Origin: an uncultured Candidatus Saccharibacteria bacterium
Lineage (GTDB): Bacteria > Patescibacteriota > Minisyncoccia > Phycocordibacterales > UBA918
Assembly (NCBI GenBank): GCA_964508585.1
Contig: CAZDUC010000002.1
Coordinates: forward strand, 1 to 37,463
Direction: 5' to 3'
Length of the DNA: 37,463 nucleotides
Of this stretch, positions 34,959 to 37,463 are shown in pieces. Position 1 is the first letter of the stretch; every line of letters begins with the position of its first letter. A model generated the notes under the pieces. The model saw only the letters and a program-made list of their open reading frames with translations. It was not told where the DNA came from and ran no database searches. Position numbers and translations under genes: made by a program.

Positions 34959-35069
34959 AGACTCGGAACGTATTGTCGCTACGCTCTGTACGTTCCGGCC
35001 ACGAAGTAGGTGGGGTTAGTGGATAGGCTCTACACAAAAAGATGCTATTCATAGATAAACCAATCTCAC

Positions 35070-35486
35070 CTATTCAGCATGCGTTTTGATATACATTGCA
35101 TACTCTTTATCAGCTCCTCCAATGTGATCTATCCACCACCTCGATAGCTGAAGCTCAAGCTCAACAGGACTCAAAATCGGCATATTGTCTTTTAAAATTC
35201 TCTCCTTGATTGCCGTATACTGTTCTATAAATTTTGTATGGAGTGCAATATGCGCATCGAGGTAGGGATAGTTATGGGCCTTCATATATTCCTCTTCAGC
35301 TCTGAAATGATTCAGAGTATACTCATCGAGAAATGCAATTGCTTCTTGTACCACTGGAGTTTTCGGCGTATCTTCTGTGATTGACTGAATTAGTCTATTC
35401 ACTTGACACAACAGTTGCCTGTGTTGATTGTCTAATGTCTCATCAAAAACGGTAAGGTCAGGGCTCCAATCAAACTCCATACTCAT
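35070..35486 (-). CDS. Hemerythrin-like metal-binding protein (bacteriohemerythrin family)
   Basis: MSMEFDWSPDLTVFDETLDNQHRQLL…FLDEYTLNHFRAEEEYM…LHTKF…WWIDHIGGADKEY is the H…HxxxE…H…HxxxxD-type di-iron ligand pattern. Start set at ATG 35486 (or 35480). The GTG extension to 35564 would be encoded by the promoter region. Confidence 0.8.
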   Translation of the reverse strand: MSMEFDWSPDLTVFDETLDNQHRQLLCQVNRLIQSITEDTPKTPVVQEAIAFLDEYTLNHFRAEEEYMKAHNYPYLDAHIALHTKFIEQYTAIKERILKDNMPILSPVELELQLSRWWIDHIGGADKEYAMYIKTHAE

Positions 35487-35524
35487 ATCGTGTGGTAATG
35501 CAGTTACTCGTAAATAATCTGTAA

Positions 35525-35533
35525 AGTATATCA
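35525..35533 (-). promoter_or_regulatory. Extended -10 element upstream of the hemerythrin gene
   Basis: Minus strand reads TGATATACT, 38 nt before ATG 35486. Confidence 0.35.
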
Positions 35534-35678
35534 CTGTGACGGGATGAGGATAGTACTTCTCCACTTTTCGAATGGAGAAATCGCTCTGAGCACATTCACT
35601 CTTTCCATCACCACGGGTCGCTAGACGAACCGATCTTTTCTGGCTACACTCTTCGTATTATACGCGAACCTGATTCAC

Positions 35679-36662
35679 ATGGATACACTACACAACACAC
35701 CAGTACCAACAAAGGATGAACTCCGTCAAACATTTGAAATCATTCGCACTTCTGTGTATGACGGAATACCCGGAGTTATAAAATTTGACTCTGGGACGCC
35801 AGGACCAACGCTCGGTATCACGATGCTCACACACGGAAACGAACCGAGTGGACTAGCTCCCCTCTGGTACTTTCTCTATCACACACCGATGCATGAAATT
35901 TTGCAAAATGGTTCGGTGTATTTTGTGGCACACAATATCCACGCCTCGGAAAACTATTTTAATGCTCACACTGATGAGGAATCACGTCTGTCGCGTTTTG
36001 TCGACATTAATTTCAACCGACTTCCTGGTGACGTATTCACGAAACGAGACAGTCCTGCGTATGAAGTGCGACGAGCGCAAGAACTTGAGAAAATTTGGAA
36101 TGATTTCGATATTGGGATGGATGTTCATAGCACCACACAGGACTATGCGCCCATGATTGTCACCACAAGCACATTTGATAAAGCACTCATCCAAGGATTC
36201 CCTGTTGAGACAATTATTTCGAATTTGGATCGTGTCATTGTAGGCAACCTTGCAAGTAGTTTTTTTGGTGGAAAAAGAGATGTCCCTTCGTTTGTCGTCG
36301 AAGTTGGGTCACATGAAAAACAGGAGTCCTACAAAGTCGCTATTCTTTGCGTCCTCCACCTCCTTCAAAACTTACGTATGAGTAAAAAGCATGTTGTAGA
36401 AACAGTTGAAAAAGAGTATGTAGAATATGACACACAGCACTCCCTCATGTTTCCTGATACGTCGTACGAACTTGAGAGAGTGTTTACACCATTTGAACAA
36501 GTCAAAAAAGGCGACATTGTGGCTCGAGGTGCTGGTGGGCCAATATGCGCACCAGTCTCAGGATGCACCATATTTGCAACCAACCAACGGAAACCCGAAT
36601 CAATTGAGGAAGAGGTGCTTTTCTATCTCACCAAGATTGATACAACACAAACAGCCCCATAA
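35679..36662 (+). CDS. Succinylglutamate desuccinylase/aspartoacylase-family (AstE/AspA, M14-like) zinc deacylase
   Basis: MLTHGNEPSG (H-x-x-E zinc site) and GMDVHST (third ligand). 327 aa. Confidence 0.8.
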   Translation: MDTLHNTPVPTKDELRQTFEIIRTSVYDGIPGVIKFDSGTPGPTLGITMLTHGNEPSGLAPLWYFLYHTPMHEILQNGSVYFVAHNIHASENYFNAHTDEESRLSRFVDINFNRLPGDVFTKRDSPAYEVRRAQELEKIWNDFDIGMDVHSTTQDYAPMIVTTSTFDKALIQGFPVETIISNLDRVIVGNLASSFFGGKRDVPSFVVEVGSHEKQESYKVAILCVLHLLQNLRMSKKHVVETVEKEYVEYDTQHSLMFPDTSYELERVFTPFEQVKKGDIVARGAGGPICAPVSGCTIFATNQRKPESIEEEVLFYLTKIDTTQTAP

Positions 36663-36734
36663 CAAAAGCTCGTGTGGCACGACACGTATGTGAGATACGT
36701 ATTTCAAATCCATCTCAATGGGCACGGCTATACC

Positions 36735-37463
36735 CTATACGAGATGAAACTCAACACGGAAAGTCGAGCCCTTTCCTTCACCCTCTGATTCAGCATATAC
36801 ATGGCCATGCATCTCCCGAAGCATTTTCTTTGCGACATAGAGTCCAAGACCAGTGCCTGTAGGATTAATGTCATTTGCGTTTCTGGCCCGCACAAACTTG
36901 TCAAATAGTTCCTCAATGGTCTCGGGTGACATACCAATACCGGTATCCTGAATAATCACACGAATCTTTTTTGCATGCGTATCTGTTTGGACAACCACAG
37001 TAATCGTCCCCTTTTGCGTATACTTCATCGAGTTATCAATGAGATTCATGAGTACCTGCCGTGTTTTTCCGATATCTGCATGGATCATACAATTTCCTTC
37101 ACAATCGGAACGAAACACCATGACGATACCTTTCTTCATAGCGATAGGACGCATCTCATCAACGATGGTTTCGACTATCTGTTTGAGGTTAAAATCACTC
37201 ATCTCGTATTTCATATTTCCTGATTCTATGCGAGACACATTGAGATAGTCCTCAACTGAACTCACCATATATTTTGCAGATTCAGCGATACGCTCTGCGG
37301 TATCTTGTGCTTTTGGAGGGAGCTTACCATAGGAACCCTCGACAAGCATTGAAGAATAGCCCCGTATCGCAGTGAGCGGACTTCTGAGTTGATGAGAAGC
37401 AATCGAGATAAACTCTGACTTCAGTTTATCAAGCGCTTTTAATTTTTCGTTTGATTTTTGAAG
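36735..37463 (-). CDS. Sensor histidine kinase, C-terminal HisKA + HATPase_c part. The 5' end lies beyond the right edge of the window.
   Basis: The frame stays open to 37463: …LKSEFISIASHQLRSPLTAIRGYSSMLVEG (H-box), NLIDNSMKYT (N-box), DTGIGMSPE (G1), GTGLGLYVAKK (G2). Confidence 0.9.
   Translation of the reverse strand, partial: LQKSNEKLKALDKLKSEFISIASHQLRSPLTAIRGYSSMLVEGSYGKLPPKAQDTAERIAESAKYMVSSVEDYLNVSRIESGNMKYEMSDFNLKQIVETIVDEMRPIAMKKGIVMVFRSDCEGNCMIHADIGKTRQVLMNLIDNSMKYTQKGTITVVVQTDTHAKKIRVIIQDTGIGMSPETIEELFDKFVRARNANDINPTGTGLGLYVAKKMLREMHGHVYAESEGEGKGSTFRVEFHLV

Noticed and set aside
34692-35052. Two overlapping minus-strand ORFs (76 and 75 aa) in the hemerythrin-trpS spacer
   Set aside because: Both run straight through long perfect hairpins and have no start-site signals or recognisable motifs. 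The region is better treated as structured non-coding DNA or RNA.
35487-35564. GTG-initiated extension of the hemerythrin ORF
   Set aside because: Hemerythrins begin close to the W-x-x-x-L-x-V motif (MSMEFDWSPDL…). The extension also overlaps the TGATATACT -10 element.
1-37463. Alternative genetic code (UGA or UAG reassignment), CRISPR arrays, transposases/integrases, prophage or defence islands
   Set aside because: Every conserved protein reads full length in the standard code. I found no direct-repeat/spacer array and no recombinase-like ORF. Gene content is housekeeping throughout.

Overview
Gene-dense (about 90% coding) bacterial chromosomal segment read in the standard genetic code, with about 40 protein genes. 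I found no rRNA, tRNA, CRISPR array or mobile element. Left to right: a truncated CaCA-type cation antiporter; a compact Com/T2SS-like type IV pilus operon (575-6685, minus strand) of pilB ATPase, pilC platform, four minor pilins and a major pilin; an autonomous 60-aa Cys-rich gene; recR-dnaB; cysS; corA; a C-terminal processing protease; rplI plus a cyclophilin; a solitary rpmA; ung; a DEDDh exonuclease; a LOG-family protein; pgi plus a ROK kinase; cell-wall genes (SLT-like transglycosylase, murI, M23 peptidase); a long minus-strand block scpA-scpB-dacB-like-mraY-ftsW-murG-gltX; pepA; archaeal-type aspS; trpS; a hemerythrin; an AstE/AspA-family deacylase; and a truncated histidine kinase. The small housekeeping set, archaeal-type AspRS and compact pilus operon suggest a small-genome bacterium, possibly Patescibacteria/CPR. 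This is inference only. Points worth a second look: (1) one pilus-operon gene fuses a prepilin N-terminus to a roughly 480-aa LVIVD-repeat beta-propeller, a PilY1-like adhesin module built onto a pilin. (2) A T-box leader with a textbook antiterminator (GUAGGG / UGGCACC bulge / GCGA) precedes aspS, and it has no terminator U-run and no Shine-Dalgarno. (3) An extended -10 element (TGnTAnnnT) sits 6-9 nt before the ATG of at least 10 genes, which implies widespread leaderless mRNAs and helps fix start codons. (4) The SLT-like transglycosylase gene is separated from its own signal peptide by a 2-nt change at an (AT)3 tract. (5) A 400-nt non-coding stretch between the hemerythrin gene and trpS is packed with long perfect hairpins.
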